DNA of 64,000 nt from Mytilus edulis (lineage: Eukaryota), in NCBI RefSeq assembly GCF_963676685.1, contig NC_092350.1, positions 60,512,001 through 60,576,000 on the forward strand, read 5' to 3'. Below are positions 49,201 to 61,963 of the stretch, in pieces. The position numbers and the translations under genes are program-made. Position 1 is the stretch's first letter. Every line of letters starts with the position of its first letter. The notes beneath the pieces were generated by a model that worked only from the letters and a program-made list of their open reading frames with translations, had not been told where the DNA came from and made no database searches.

Positions 49201-50337
49201 ATCATTAATGTGGAAATAAAAAAGTAAGTTAGAACATGTCATGTTTCTTATGGGAACTGAAAGACCGATTCAACTCTTATGCATGCTTCATGGGTTATTA
49301 GATTTATGGATCCTACCTTCTTGTAGAAAATACAAATCACGTCAAATCATGTACCAGTATCACGATTTCGTGACCCCTCCGTGTCAGTTCTTTTACATTG
49401 ATGTATACCTTTTACTCTATCAAATAATCAACTAATAAAAAGAAAAATCACAAAAATACTGAACTTGGATGAAAATCAAATCGGAAAGTTCCTAATCACC
49501 TGGCAAAATCAAATAACAAAACACATGAAAAAAGAATGGACAACAACTGTCATATTCCTGACTTGGTACAGGCATTTTTAAATGTAGAACATGGTGGATA
49601 AAACCTGGTTTTATAGTGCTAAACTTCTCACTTTTTACGACAGTCTCATCAAATTCCGTTATACTTACAATAATGCGTCAACTAAACAGACATAATAAAT
49701 GAAAAAGTCAAAATATGGTTACAGCAGTCATCATCGTGTTACAATTTTAAAAGAAACAATTTTGTCTGACGTTAGAAAATTTATACCTCACATATTTTTG
49801 TCGTTCCAAAAAATGGTTCATTCCCCTACGTAATAATATAATTTTGACGTTTGTGATTCTTATATTCTTCTTATATTCTATTCAATGACATTCATGTATC
49901 TCACAATGAGGTCACGAGGGGTAGGGTATATAATAATATCCTGATTATCTGTTAAAAAAATGTATTCAAAAGAAAATCTTTCTAAATATTTCATTCGGTT
50001 CAATTAAAATTGTTGAAAAATAATCACTTTTCCGCGATAGAAATGTCATTACAAATAAATATAACACCCCTGCCTTTCTTCATACACTGAGTTGGTATAA
50101 TATATTACTGACAAAGTGTTTTGTATTTTTCATAAGCCGTAATCGGATGGTAACATTTGATCAATCCTGACACCCCCTATCGTGTTCTACGACAAGAAAA
50201 ATCTTAAAATATGCATTATCTAAAACAGAAACTTAATGTTCTTGAAAAACTTTATTTACAAACGAAATACCTTTAGTGCTGGAAACACAAATCCCATGAT
50301 GAATGACAAGCAGAATAATCACAGTAGCAATCTTCAT
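40274..50337 (-). CDS. Secreted F-type lectin + PAN/apple domain, paralog 2 (264 aa)
   Basis: Exons 50337-50271 (MKIATVIILLVIHHGICVSSTK), 45827-45600, 43502-43254 and 40524-40274. Same lengths (228/249/251) and phases as paralog 1; GT-AG introns; 795 nt open frame. Confidence 0.9.
43056..43243. mobile_element. Small palindromic MITE next to the exon 3 donor
   Basis: TTGAATTCGCTGTTTCAGAATCTAA versus TTAGATTTTGAAAAGGCGATTTTCAA, an imperfect inverted repeat. Confidence 0.55.
43930..44070. mobile_element. Palindromic MITE
   Basis: GTTGAAGAGTAGCCACCGTCAATT / AATTGACGGTGGCAACTCTTCAAC inverted pair. Confidence 0.7.
44547..45070 (+). repeat. Family B repeat, a free copy of the Penelope-like element 3' region
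   Basis: Near-identical over ~520 bp to 28880-29405. Confidence 0.85.
46565..46785 (+). mobile_element. 5'-truncated Deu/Nin-domain SINE
   Basis: GTCCGTCGGAAGGGGACGATAAATGGC...GCACGTTAAAGACACC resembles the Deu-domain core; AAACTAAAAC-type tail. Confidence 0.55.
47849..47978. repeat. Tandem duplication, 71-bp period
   Basis: AAAATTAGAAAGAAGCTAATTACATGTATGACCATATTC.ACGTTTTATTTGACATGTG occurs twice. Confidence 0.85.
48338..48909. mobile_element. TTAA-flanked MITE (Kolobok-like AGG...CCT termini)
   Basis: TTAA|AGGGACACTAACT ... AGCTAGTGCACCT|TTAA. Absent at the paralogous site (~26560). Same family as 56315-56893. Confidence 0.8.
49435..49760 (+). repeat. Dispersed SINE-like repeat family E
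   Basis: AAAATCACAAAAATACTGAACT...TGGCAAAATCAAATAACAAAAC...AACTGTCATATTCCTGACTTGGTACAG; also at 50688-50822. Confidence 0.75.
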
Positions 50338-51707
50338 TCCCTGCAAATAAAACAAAAACGCTTTTTTAACTTATATTTCAAGAAACTCAAAATTTGAAAA
50401 TATTGAATTCAGCAAATTATTATTTTACTCGAAATACAAAAATATATAATATCACCATATACTTACTATTCTTTTCCGTTAAGTTCTCAAACGATAAAGA
50501 ATTAACTGAATTCTAATAAATCTGTATTGCTCCATGAATCTTCTAATTTACCTGTCTGTTTTGAAGTAACTGCTTACTATATACCAATATTGGAATTTAA
50601 TCCATAAAGTTGAAACTTAAATGTCTGTTTTGTCGTCATTGAACTAAAAATGTATCGAATAGGAAAGAAAAGATCGCGAACACATCTAAAAAGTAAAATC
50701 ACAAAAATACTGAACTCAGAGGAAAATCAATTCGGAAAGTCCATAATCACATGGCAAAATCAAATAACAAAACGCATCAAAAATGAATGGACAAGAACTG
50801 TCACATTCCTGACTTGGTACAGTGCACTATTAAATACGGATTGAAATAGCAACTGCCAATCTCCTGTTTCTTGAACTCTCGATCTTAAAAACCGATCATT
50901 GCTATGCTCTTATCTATACAAAAATATAATACATGTACATACAATATTGTTACACGGTTTTTTAAACACTTATTTTAGCATATGAAATGCATAATTCATA
51001 TAACTATGTAATCTAAAGCTAATTCCTACTAATGTCTACTAATAGAATTCAACATTGAAAATCCATCTGAGTTTTTATAACGAACATTATTTACGTTTTG
51101 ATAAAACTATTTCTTTTGTATTATTTGGCTCAATATTCTTAACTAATTTGAGTAAAAATAAGTTAATGTTGACGTTTTCAACTGTAGTACAATCTAAGTC
51201 GGAAACTTGGATTTGAATGATGGCTTGTTTCAAATGTTTTCATTCACTTCCCCTAATAAAAAAAAATGTAAAGCATAACATTTTAAAGCTTACTTTTTTT
51301 TCCGTTATAATGACATTTTATGAAGAAAAAAATATTATCTTTGCTGTCGGATAAATCATAATGAAAAATCTACCTAACAATTGTTTTGAACAAATATGTG
51401 AAATTTCCCGTTTATTATCAAATATTCCGGTTTCAGATTTATTAGACAAAGTTTCCCTATGATGGATTTGTTATTTTCGGTTATAGCACTCCAATGATTT
51501 TTGTCCTAATAAATCCTTGGCTTTCAATTATTTGAGTTTGAGCGTTCCTAATAAATCCAGAAAAGCGCGTCGTACTCATAACATTCAAAACGTGTTGCTT
51601 TCAGCTTTTTTTTAAACAATGTGTTTTTTCCTCAGATGGTGGACTATTAGTCCACGATGGTATCATCAGCTCATTCGCCAGTACTATGGTATTGACTTGA
51701 TTCATAA

Positions 51708-51927
51708 CAAAAGAGGGACGAAAGATACCAAAGGGACAGTCAAACTCATAAATCTAAAACAAACTGACAACGCCATGGCTAAAAATGAAAAAGACAAACA
51801 GAAAAACAATAGTACAAATGACACAACATAGAAAACTAAAGAATAAACCCCACCAAAAACTAAGGGTGATCTCAGGTGCTCCGGAAGGGTAAGCAGATCC
51901 TGCTCCACATGTGGCACCCGTCGTGTT
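51708..51927 (-). repeat. Non-autonomous repeat family C
   Basis: Near-identical to 28422-28648. Confidence 0.85.
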
Positions 51928-53992
51928 ATCTAAAAACGGAATGCAAAAAGAGAGGCGAAAGTTTTGTATGAACCTTTTCTAAGTAAGCAGTCTGTTATTC
52001 AGTCGGTGCCATTTTATTTCGAAAACAGAACATGCATATGAATACCTCTTTAACTTAAAGTATATATCAGCACGCTCTATCAATAAGTGTTCAAGGCAGC
52101 CATAATAAAATTTCAAGATATAGAATTACCTAATAAACAGACAATGCGTGTGTCAAACTTATACTGGTCAATATAACTCTGATTGTATTTACCAAATGAA
52201 AAAACACCAGTAACACAATTGAAGTGTTTCTTTAGTTAGTTCATATTGAAATGCAACATCACATCATGTGATGAAAAACACTTTTGAAAAATACAATATT
52301 CTATATTTAACAATTTCAATTACGTATAAAAATTAACATTTCAAAAAGCACAAACAGACCGTTATCTACGCAATTCTGCTATGATTATAATGAAGCTAAA
52401 CGAGCAATATTTAAAAGTTGTTTTATAAATTTGGAACTGCTGCTGAGTAAATTATTTAAGAAGATTTCACGCATCAATGTATCATAGCAATATTAAGTTC
52501 AAGGTACAATGAATACTTAATATCTCAATATATAGACGTATTCATGTTTTTCAATACAGAGTTTATGATGATAACTTCAAATACATGTGTACGAGTTTAA
52601 CTCCCCTTATTTAATTTTGAATGATAAATATTTTTGAACTCGTTTAAATGTTGTACGCCTCTGGGTATTTTCTCGCTGCATTGATGGCCTTCAGCTGTTA
52701 TCTGCACTTTGGTTTGGATGTTGTTCGTTTGACACATTCACATGCAATTTCAATTCTGGATATCGAAAAAACAATGTCAGAATATGAGAGAAAGTTTGCG
52801 CATTGATATGTCTTTTTGATATGAATGTTATAAAATATCATACTTACTTTGTCTTCTATTACCACTTACGTTTTTTGTTAATAACATTTTTCATTGGTAA
52901 AAAAAATAATTCATGTAACGAAGACGCACTGAGATTGACCTTTTAATTCAGCTTAATCATTGATGCCTATTCAAAATGAAAGGAAAGTTCACAGTCAAAA
53001 TATGTCAGTGTGGAACGCGAAGTCATGCTAAAGAGAAAGGCCGACTGTCGTACAATTGAGAGGTTTTGATAGCTATAAAACCAGGTTAAATCAACATTTT
53101 CTACACAGGAAAAGACATGTTCCGAGTCAGAAATGTTACAGTTGTTATACATTCGTTTCATTTCTTTGAGCTTTTGATTTTGACATTTGATTAAGGAATT
53201 TCCAATTTTTACTTGTTTTGTGCGTTTTGTATGGAACGTGCGTTTTATAGCAACGTCGATTCCGTTAATTTTCGAATTTTGCGACTCTACTGTCATATAA
53301 TTTTTTCCTATTTTAGCTCACTGTTTTGTTGGGGGCTTTTTGGGGGGGCGGGGGATGGGGTGAAAAATAAAATTGAAAATAAATATTTACTGTTGTCCGT
53401 ATAACGACTTCTATGATTTTTGTTTGTGCGTCTTCTTATTTTTTAGCCATGACGGTGGCAGTTTATTTTCCATCTATGAATGTGAATGTGAATGTCCCTC
53501 TGGTATAGTTCGTCTCTCTTTTAAGGTGATAAGCAATTAGAATACATTTTAATAATTCATTAGCAATACACATAAGTCCCGGATCTCAACAACTTAACCA
53601 TTGATGAACTTACGTGTTTTTGGTATAATATTTCAGGCAACATTACTTCTAAAGTGAAATAGAAGCTAGAAAGATCCCAAACAGAGTGAAATAAAAGTTT
53701 TTCTCGAAGTAATGGTATGAACACATTATAACGAAACTGTGTATATTGGGAAGAGGTAAAGTGACTGGTATTGTTCGCAACAAATAACACAATACACAAT
53801 AGATCCCACTAATGATAAACATTGACACTAATAACGAATCAAGCTACAACTTTTATGTATAATCATGCATTTCCGAACAAAACAAACACTTATTGAATGA
53901 TTTATTTCATGTACACTATATGCAACAGTTTTATTATGGTACCATAATAAAGTGTAATACTAGGTCGACACCGAATGTTAAATAGAATACGT

Positions 53993-56900
53993 TCAAATTA
54001 ACTCATATATTTGTTTGTTTTCAATGTTTTCCACCTTTTCAAACGATGGATTCAAAGCTTTGTTCACCATGGCTGCAGCTAAGTTGTCTGTGTTGATAGC
54101 GCCTTCCTTTACAAACCATTGTGGCATCGGTTTCCAGCAACATCTAATGCATGCTTCAATTGGTCTTCTTTCTACTCTATCACATAGTAACATTCTGAAA
54201 AAAGAATGGTTTTTGTCTTAAAAAAACCAAGGGAACATTATACATCCCGGAATAGATTTGCTACTTATAAATGATTCTTTCCTCCCTTTTTTTGTCATTT
54301 GCTTTTCTACTTTTAAAAAACATCAAAATAAAATCACATCTTGTTTTGATTGTATACCTTTTGAAATTTTCAACAGATGATTAAATTTTGGACTATACCT
54401 CCATGAACATAGTATAAGGAGGCTCTTCATGTAAATAATAAAAAAAAAAAGTAACATTTTGATAGAACAAATATTTTATTGTTCCATAGCGATTCGATTT
54501 TAGAAGAATACATGTGCGTCTGAATAGAACCTTTAGTCAAATAAAGCCAAATAATTTGTCTTTGTATAATTGAGAAAACAATGAAATAGACATCTTAAAT
54601 AATAGCATGATTTTATGTTTCATAAAAGTGTTTTAAAATAAATATCATTTACCTATTATGTCTGTTTGTTTTGTTCACATATCGTTGTCGACATTGTGGC
54701 ATTTTATGCAACTCTCATACAAGTAAGAGGTTTAGCTATCTATAAAAACGGGTTTAATCCATCATTTTCTACATGAGAAAAGGGCTGTACCAAGTTAGGA
54801 ATATGACATTTGTTATCCATAGGTTTGATGTGTTTCAGATTTTGATTTTGCCATTTGATCAGGTACCCTCGGCGTTTGGTATTTCTGTGTTTTAACTTTT
54901 TATCAATGCGAATTGTTCGGTAAAAAAAACAAGCACTTTCACTTAAAAAAATGTAGAAATGATATCTTCCGCTGTTGTGTATCGTGTACATCCTTTGCTC
55001 TCATTCAAGAGCAAACTGCTTGTTTTCTGTGCACAGCTTTAAAATGTTTATACTCATCATCATTTAGGTTTTTCGCTTTTGCGATACGTCATCGAAATTG
55101 CATCTATGGCATAATTTCCTTGTACAGACATTAAAAACATGACTCGTTATTGACAAAGATGAATAAACAATTGACATTATTAATAACCTAGTATAACAAG
55201 TAATATGTTTTTGGAAAACAAGTAGATGTGAAATTGTTAGATTGCATATCACGTCAAATACAAGACGTTTGATAAATGTTGTGCTGTTACAAAAGCAATA
55301 TCTGAACATCAAATAAATGTTATAAGATAAATACCCTGGTCGGAAAATTGATAGATTGTCAAAATTGATTGATTTGAGGTCTTCTTCAACTTCACCCTGA
55401 AAATAAGAAACATCTACAGGTTTAAATGTAACAAATGTAATGTAGTATTTATTATACATTTTTTTCAAAAAACTAAGCTGTAGAATGACATCCGACAAAG
55501 TTTGTCTGTACGAAGTTTGGTATTTATTGTAACATGTGTGTAGAATATTTAAGTAATGACTCCTGTACAATTTGAAGCTTCATGTTCAAAGGTCCCAGTA
55601 AAAGTTATTGTATGAACATTTAGCCTAAATGTCTGATTGAGAATAAATCAGCATTTTGGTCAAATATAATAACATAAAAACTCATCTTGAATGTCATAAC
55701 ATAAAACATCAGTGATATTTTAGTATTGGAAAAAGTACCTTTGTTTTTATATAAAGGAAACTGCTGTCTTTGTTTGCACCATAAGAAGATACCACAAGGA
55801 AATGCTTGCATCCTACAGATTTAGCCATCGCTGCGGCATTGACTACATAATCATGATCTACTTTAATAAATCCAGCCTATTAATAAACAAAATAACGTTT
55901 TTAATAAACAATTAACATATGTTATTGAATGCATTACTTGAATAGTTTCAAAAGCCAACTTGAAGTTCTAAAACCTCAAATTGAAAATCAGGGTTTTTAA
56001 CAAATTCAAATATTCACATTAAACCTACTAGATTCTTGACTCGACATAACAAAAGTGTTGAGGGGCCTCTTGTTGAGACATTTGTCTGTTTTTAAGGATG
56101 ATATATGATTATATACCTCATGCAATACATGTACCTATATCTATACCAAGATAGCTGCTCTCATTTTTTTTCGTTGGTTGATATAGTCGAGCATTTTGTT
56201 TTGTCAGGCTTATTTGAGATCTCCTTTTTTGCATCAACTTGAGAGTTCGGTACTATGGTTTATCCTTAATTTTACTTTGCTTTTCCTATGCCATGAACAT
56301 TAGAATAATTTTAAAGGGGCCTTAGCTGTCAAATTCGTGTTCACCGATTTCACTCAAATTATCATATTTGATTTATAACAATGTTAAAATTGTATTCAAA
56401 CTATTGAAAGACTTAAATAAACAGTTTACATGTTGTGAGCTCGATAATATGTAGCTTCGTGTATGTTTTAGTCTAGACGCCATCTAATTAACTATTGAGT
56501 TGACCCTCGAACACCTCCAATGACCATATAAGCGATATAAACATATGTATAGATATAAATAGATTAGGCAACTCGTTCAATTAGATTTCTCATGTTCCGT
56601 TCAATTTCATATAATAGATAAAACAAATATAATGTTTATCATCGTTTTACCTGTATAATTTTTTTTTATCGAAACAGTCAATTAAATGATTAACCTTTGT
56701 TTCAATTTAAATGTTACCAATTCTTGCGCTGTCAATCTCTAGCTAAGGGGTTAAAATGAAGTTAACAGGAATACGGATTCAATGAGATCAAATTATTCAC
56801 TCGCAATAACCATTTCACTATTTCACTTTCATTAATGATTGAACAAAAAAATCATTACTTTAGGTTTTTATATATCTCGTAGCTAGTGGTCCTTTAAGAA

Positions 56901-58283
56901 TTATTATGTTTTGTGGGATGGCAATATTCATTATGTTGAATCTTGATAATTCTATACTTTTACTGAGTTCTAAACAATGTGTTTTCAAACATATCTTTTT
57001 TATCTGAAGAAATATTAATACACAAAAGCTTAAAAAATCACACTCAGTGCGCATAACAAATGCGTTTCTATGCTTTTTAATAACACTGTTTTATTGTAAT
57101 CGTTATGGTATTTTCATAAAGATTTAATGGCAACATAAATAAGTAAGACATACTAACTTTTCCACCGGATTTCGCTTTACTGGTACCAATGCAGGAAAAT
57201 CCTGTATCCAGGTCTTGAAATTCATGTTTGTAGTCGTTTAAATGATCAAAATCGACCACCTTTTGTTCCTGTCGTAAAAAATATAACTACAGGTAACCTA
57301 TTTGATTGGGCTACCTCCATTATCATTCACTGAATATTTTATAAATTAATATAGTATGATAAACAATATTCCGTTTGGATATTCTAGTTTCCAGAATGGT
57401 AATACAAGTTCTAACTTTCCTTGTTTGTATAAGGTACAGTGTATAGTGTTTGTGCAATTAGATGTCTAAAAATGGAGGTTAAACGCTCCCTCTCATCAGA
57501 AAAGCTAACTGGAACAAGCTAGAACACTAATAATTTTACATGTTTTAATTTTAATTTGAAATCTTTCAAAACTTTATATGCACTAATTATAAGCATATCG
57601 TCTGTAATAGTCGAGTTTCAGTGTATCTATATCATGGTAGGTAATTGTTTTTAAATGAATCATTCGATCGTCAAATAAAGGCAACAGTAGTATACCGCTG
57701 TTCAAAATTCATAAATCGATAATGAAAAAACAAATCCGGCTTACAAACTTTAACTGAGGGAAACGTATCAAATATAAGAGAACTACGACACAACAGAGAC
57801 ACAACACCGATATGTTGCACACACAGAAACGAACTTTAATGTAACAATGGCCATTTTTTAAGTAACTGATGATTTGATGTCCACATTACTTAATTGTAAT
57901 AAACAATAGTCACTAAACAACAACAAAAAAATCAAACATGTGTTATACCATACTGCAATTGTGGTATCAGGCGGTTATTGTCTTTTCTGGTAATGTTCTT
58001 TTATTTATATGTCGACAAAAATGAAAATAAATTTAATTAGTTTTGGTGCATTCTATGTTTTACTCTTTTATTTGTTTGGTAATGTGCTACATGTACTTAC
58101 AAACTCCGGCCCTAAATCTTTTTCAAACTGAACTTCTCTCCGCCCAATTAACATCACTTTCTTAAATACTTTTCTCCTACTAAGTTCTTTGACCAGTGCT
58201 TTTCCTGTTTCGCCAGTATAGCCTAGTACAAAAGCCATTCTGTCTGATTTTAAAGTGTTTTTAGAATCAACTTCTATTGACAT
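53993..58283 (-). CDS. HTATIP2: Oxidoreductase HTATIP2 / TIP30 / CC3 homolog (atypical SDR, 231 aa)
   Basis: Exons 58283-58101 (AFVLGYTGETGKALVKEL..IGRR), 57268-57158 (VVDFD..GFSCIGTSKAKSG), 55876-55739 (FIKVDHDYV..VSSYGANKDSSFLYIKTK, YxxxK), 55396-55335 (GEVE..SIFRPG) and 54194-53993 (MLLCDR.E.RP.E). All introns GT-AG; 696 nt open frame. Confidence 0.93.
54650..54900 (-). repeat. Dispersed SINE-like repeat family E (HTATIP2 intron 4)
   Basis: GGTTTAATCCA.CATTTTCTACAT..CTGTACCAAGT.AGGAATATGACA..TTTGATTTTGCCATTTGAT. Confidence 0.7.
56315..56893. mobile_element. TTAA-flanked MITE (Kolobok-like) in HTATIP2 intron 2
   Basis: TTAA|AGGGGCCTTAGCT ... AGCTAGTGGTCCT|TTAA; internal homology to 48338-48909. 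Confidence 0.8.
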
Positions 58284-59389
58284 TCTGAAATGCACATGTG
58301 TTTAAGAGATTAAATGCTGATTTGTAATCAGTTAAGATTTTTAGCGTATCTTTCGTTTAAAATTTATTCCCTTATTATTAAAGAGTTTTAGGCAAATATC
58401 AAGGTTCTAAGGGTTTCTAAAAGGTTGACGTCAGACAATATAAACTGCTCTTATATCAGTCTTCTTTCAATTTTAATGATGTAAACATGGTAAAGATGTA
58501 CATGTACATCTATATAGTTCCTAACCGTTGTTACGAGATAAATTTTAGTAGGTTTTCCAACTTATTGTACAAAGAAGGCAAATCAATATGTTTCCGTAGA
58601 CGTCGATTCATAATGTGTCTAGATTATGAACGAATACACTTGTCATTAGTTAGATGCCATGTCTGATATAATGTAATTACACGTAGACTAGGTTTTAAAT
58701 TTTAGTGATCAAAATTATCTCAGGCGATTTATAGCAGTTCTGTTCATTCCTCTTATATGCTCTGAAAAATTAATGTGGTTTGCGTCCAAATTTTTAGGCA
58801 TTTTCCGTATTGCAATATATATATATGTGTCGTCTGTTCAGCTTTAATCAACCATTTTCTACAGATGTACATGAGAAAATGTGTGTACACGTCAGGAATA
58901 CGACAGTTCTTTTCCATTCGTTTCAAGTGTTAAGGCTTTTGTTTAGCTATTTTATAAAGGGATTCCCGTTTTTAATTGTTCTTGGAGTTCGGTATTTTGC
59001 TGCTTTCTCTTTTGTCAATTTACTAAGAGTTACTGCATCAATGCTTTAAACCCCACAGCTCATTTGTGGCATACCCACATTAAGTTGAAAGTTAGAATAT
59101 GTTAATAAGGATTGTTCCCCTTTACCTACAAATCTCAAACAATGCTTTAGTATGCAAAGTTTTGTCGGGTTAAGTATGGAACAATTGATGAACTTACCTT
59201 GAATTTTTGTATTAACAATTAACTGTGGAGGTGGTTTTTTCGTCATCTAGTTGATAGTATTATTTATTTTACCAAGTGATGTAAAAATTAACTTGAATTT
59301 TATCTGTAAAGTCGACCTAAATAGATAATGGCGATCAATATATAAAAGTACTGTAATATATCTATTTATAGTTATAATTTTAATAGTTT

Positions 59390-60136
59390 TCTATTTATCT
59401 ATAATACTAAAATTACGAGGTCCAATTTGTCAGCCGTCATCACGTAAAAACAACGAATCAAAGAATTCAACTTTATATATAACTAATTTAGTACAAAGGT
59501 GTAGATTAAAAATTACACCACTCCAGGCCCTTTTGTTTTCCACGTAATTAATATTGCCAATAATTAAGAAGTTCCGGGTCGAGTCCGATACCGATACCAA
59601 TAGTATATTCACCTGTTACCTATTACCTTATCTGTACGTTCCGCATCTGACAGGCGCACCAACAAACGGTGTATTCAGGATTAATATGCTATATACACGG
59701 GTCATAATCACAGATCAAATTTTTACTTATTGTAGTATTTTAATCAGTAAAACTTTCTAAGATAACAATACGAATACTAAAAATCTGGACTAAAAATAAG
59801 GCCTATAGGTACAGTTTTCAATTTGTTAGCGGGCATGACGTAAAACAGCGAATCAAAGAATTCAACTTTATTTATAACTAATATAGGAAAATGCTGTTGA
59901 TTAAAAAATACTCCATTCCAGGACCTTTTGTTTTCCAAATAATTAATATTACCAATAATTGATAAGTTCCAGTTCGACGGGTTCAAACAGAAAGATTTGA
60001 AAGCAGACGGAAACTGTGCATCTTATAATCGGCATGACTTTATCAGATGACAATACTAATACTAAAATAAGGCTTGCGCATAGTCCTATATACTTTAGTT
60101 CAGTCACGGACCCGCGATATCACGGGTGTGTTCTAG
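59390..60136 (+). mobile_element. Non-autonomous Helitron
   Basis: 5' TC(TAT..ATAATACTAAAA), an internal ~150-bp duplication (59425-59575 vs 59820-59970), and a 3' hairpin CCCGCGATATCACGGG followed by CTAG|T. Confidence 0.8.
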
Positions 60137-61963
60137 TATGTTATGAATTTGTGGCAACAAAATATACTCAAAGCAGGACTAAAAGGATACTGAAATAATA
60201 GAAAGTATAAAACAAATTATTTGTCTTTCAATTTTATTACAGTTTGAATATCAACACAAGCTAACTGGTTTCTATGTTTAAATTCAAGCAATTACAACAT
60301 TTTTTTTCAAATTTTCTATTGGAACAAATTATTTTTGCACTTCCCATTTAACCTAAGATGTTAATTTCTGGTTCATGTTGGTATCGTGTGAAGAGTTGTC
60401 TCATTGGCTTTCAAATCACATCTTCTTTAATCTATTAGGTAGCTTATTATGTAGTTAATAACAAACATGACTGTAGTTGGTTCGAAATCAAAAACTGTAA
60501 TTCATAGAGTAATGTGTCATCATTTCGACTGTTATTTGGTGGTTTAGAATGTTAAAAATTAATTCCAGTTTATCAGTGTAGTATATGTAATGTAGAATAT
60601 ATATTTACATAACTCATCAGCATTTGATCATGAGAAGACTTTAACTCAGCCTACATTGGATCTACTAAATTTATTTATGCTTTCCTACACGTACAGGGCA
60701 GTGTTTCTCTATTAACTAAAATATGAGTATAAAAAGTACCAAAAAAAAATTCTTACCGAACCCTTAGAAAATTCAATATGGAAAGTCTATCATCAAATGG
60801 CAAAATTAAAATCCCAAACACATAAAAAGAACTGAACCTTGTTTTATACCTAACTAAACCTCTCTTGTAATTACCAGTCGCATTGAACTCTATTATGTTG
60901 ACACTAAGTTGTAGGAAAATCAACAGACATTATAGGTTAAAAAAAGTCAAAATTCTGAAATATTTTTATTTCTAGTTTGCAATCCTGTAACAATAATCTT
61001 ATCAGGAGACCTTGAGTCCACTAAAAGTGGAATGCCAATTGCTCTAGATCTACAACCCCATATTTTGTATAGAATCATTGTGTTATGAACTAGCATAAAG
61101 TATGTTAGAGTTTGCGTATGATGCGTTATCTATCGAGATCAACGTTTTTTGAAACCGAATTGATTTTCGTTTAACAATAGTTTTAAATGTAATATTCGAA
61201 AATAGTTTTAGCATAAAACATTCAATTCAAGGTCAACAAATACAATTGTTAAAGATTTTTAGATATGATGTGTATATTGTCGTTACTATTATTTTTTATA
61301 TTCAAGTATATATAAATCTTCTTTATACGGTGTCAATGACACTTTTATTGTGAAAAATATACTGAAAAACTTAAGTAATTCATCAGTTTCCAGTTATTAC
61401 AAAATCTCATTATATCTCTTAGTATTAATCGGATAAGCTATATATATTGACGTTATGTTGGATACATCAAATAAATTATAAACTGCTGATTTTAAAGAAA
61501 ATCATAAAATAAGCAGTTCAGTTCTCCCAAATTGTTTTTTTTTTTTTCAATGTAGGAAATTCTAACCTATTATGAATCACCCCTTAAATAAAAAGAACAA
61601 ACAGATAACTGATTTATGCACACATATTTCTAACAAAAATTTAAGAAACAAATTGATAAATGTATGAAGATCGTTTTTTTTTCTTTAAATACTTTTGATA
61701 AAATAAAATCCGGGTCAACTATATAAAATTGGATCCTTTCCCTTTCCTTTCTTCGGTTTAATGCTTAATCTTCTTTAAAAAGAAACATAAAGACGTAAAA
61801 CAAATTGGTCTGTAGTGTGTTTTTTCAATTGATCAGTCTATAAAACATTGATTTATAGTTGGTACGTACTGCATTTTGCACAAAGAAGAATATTGTTTAT
61901 ACCGAGTAGTAGAAACCGAATTTTTAGTTAGTCTCGTTTTCCGTAGAAGATTATTTATTTGTC

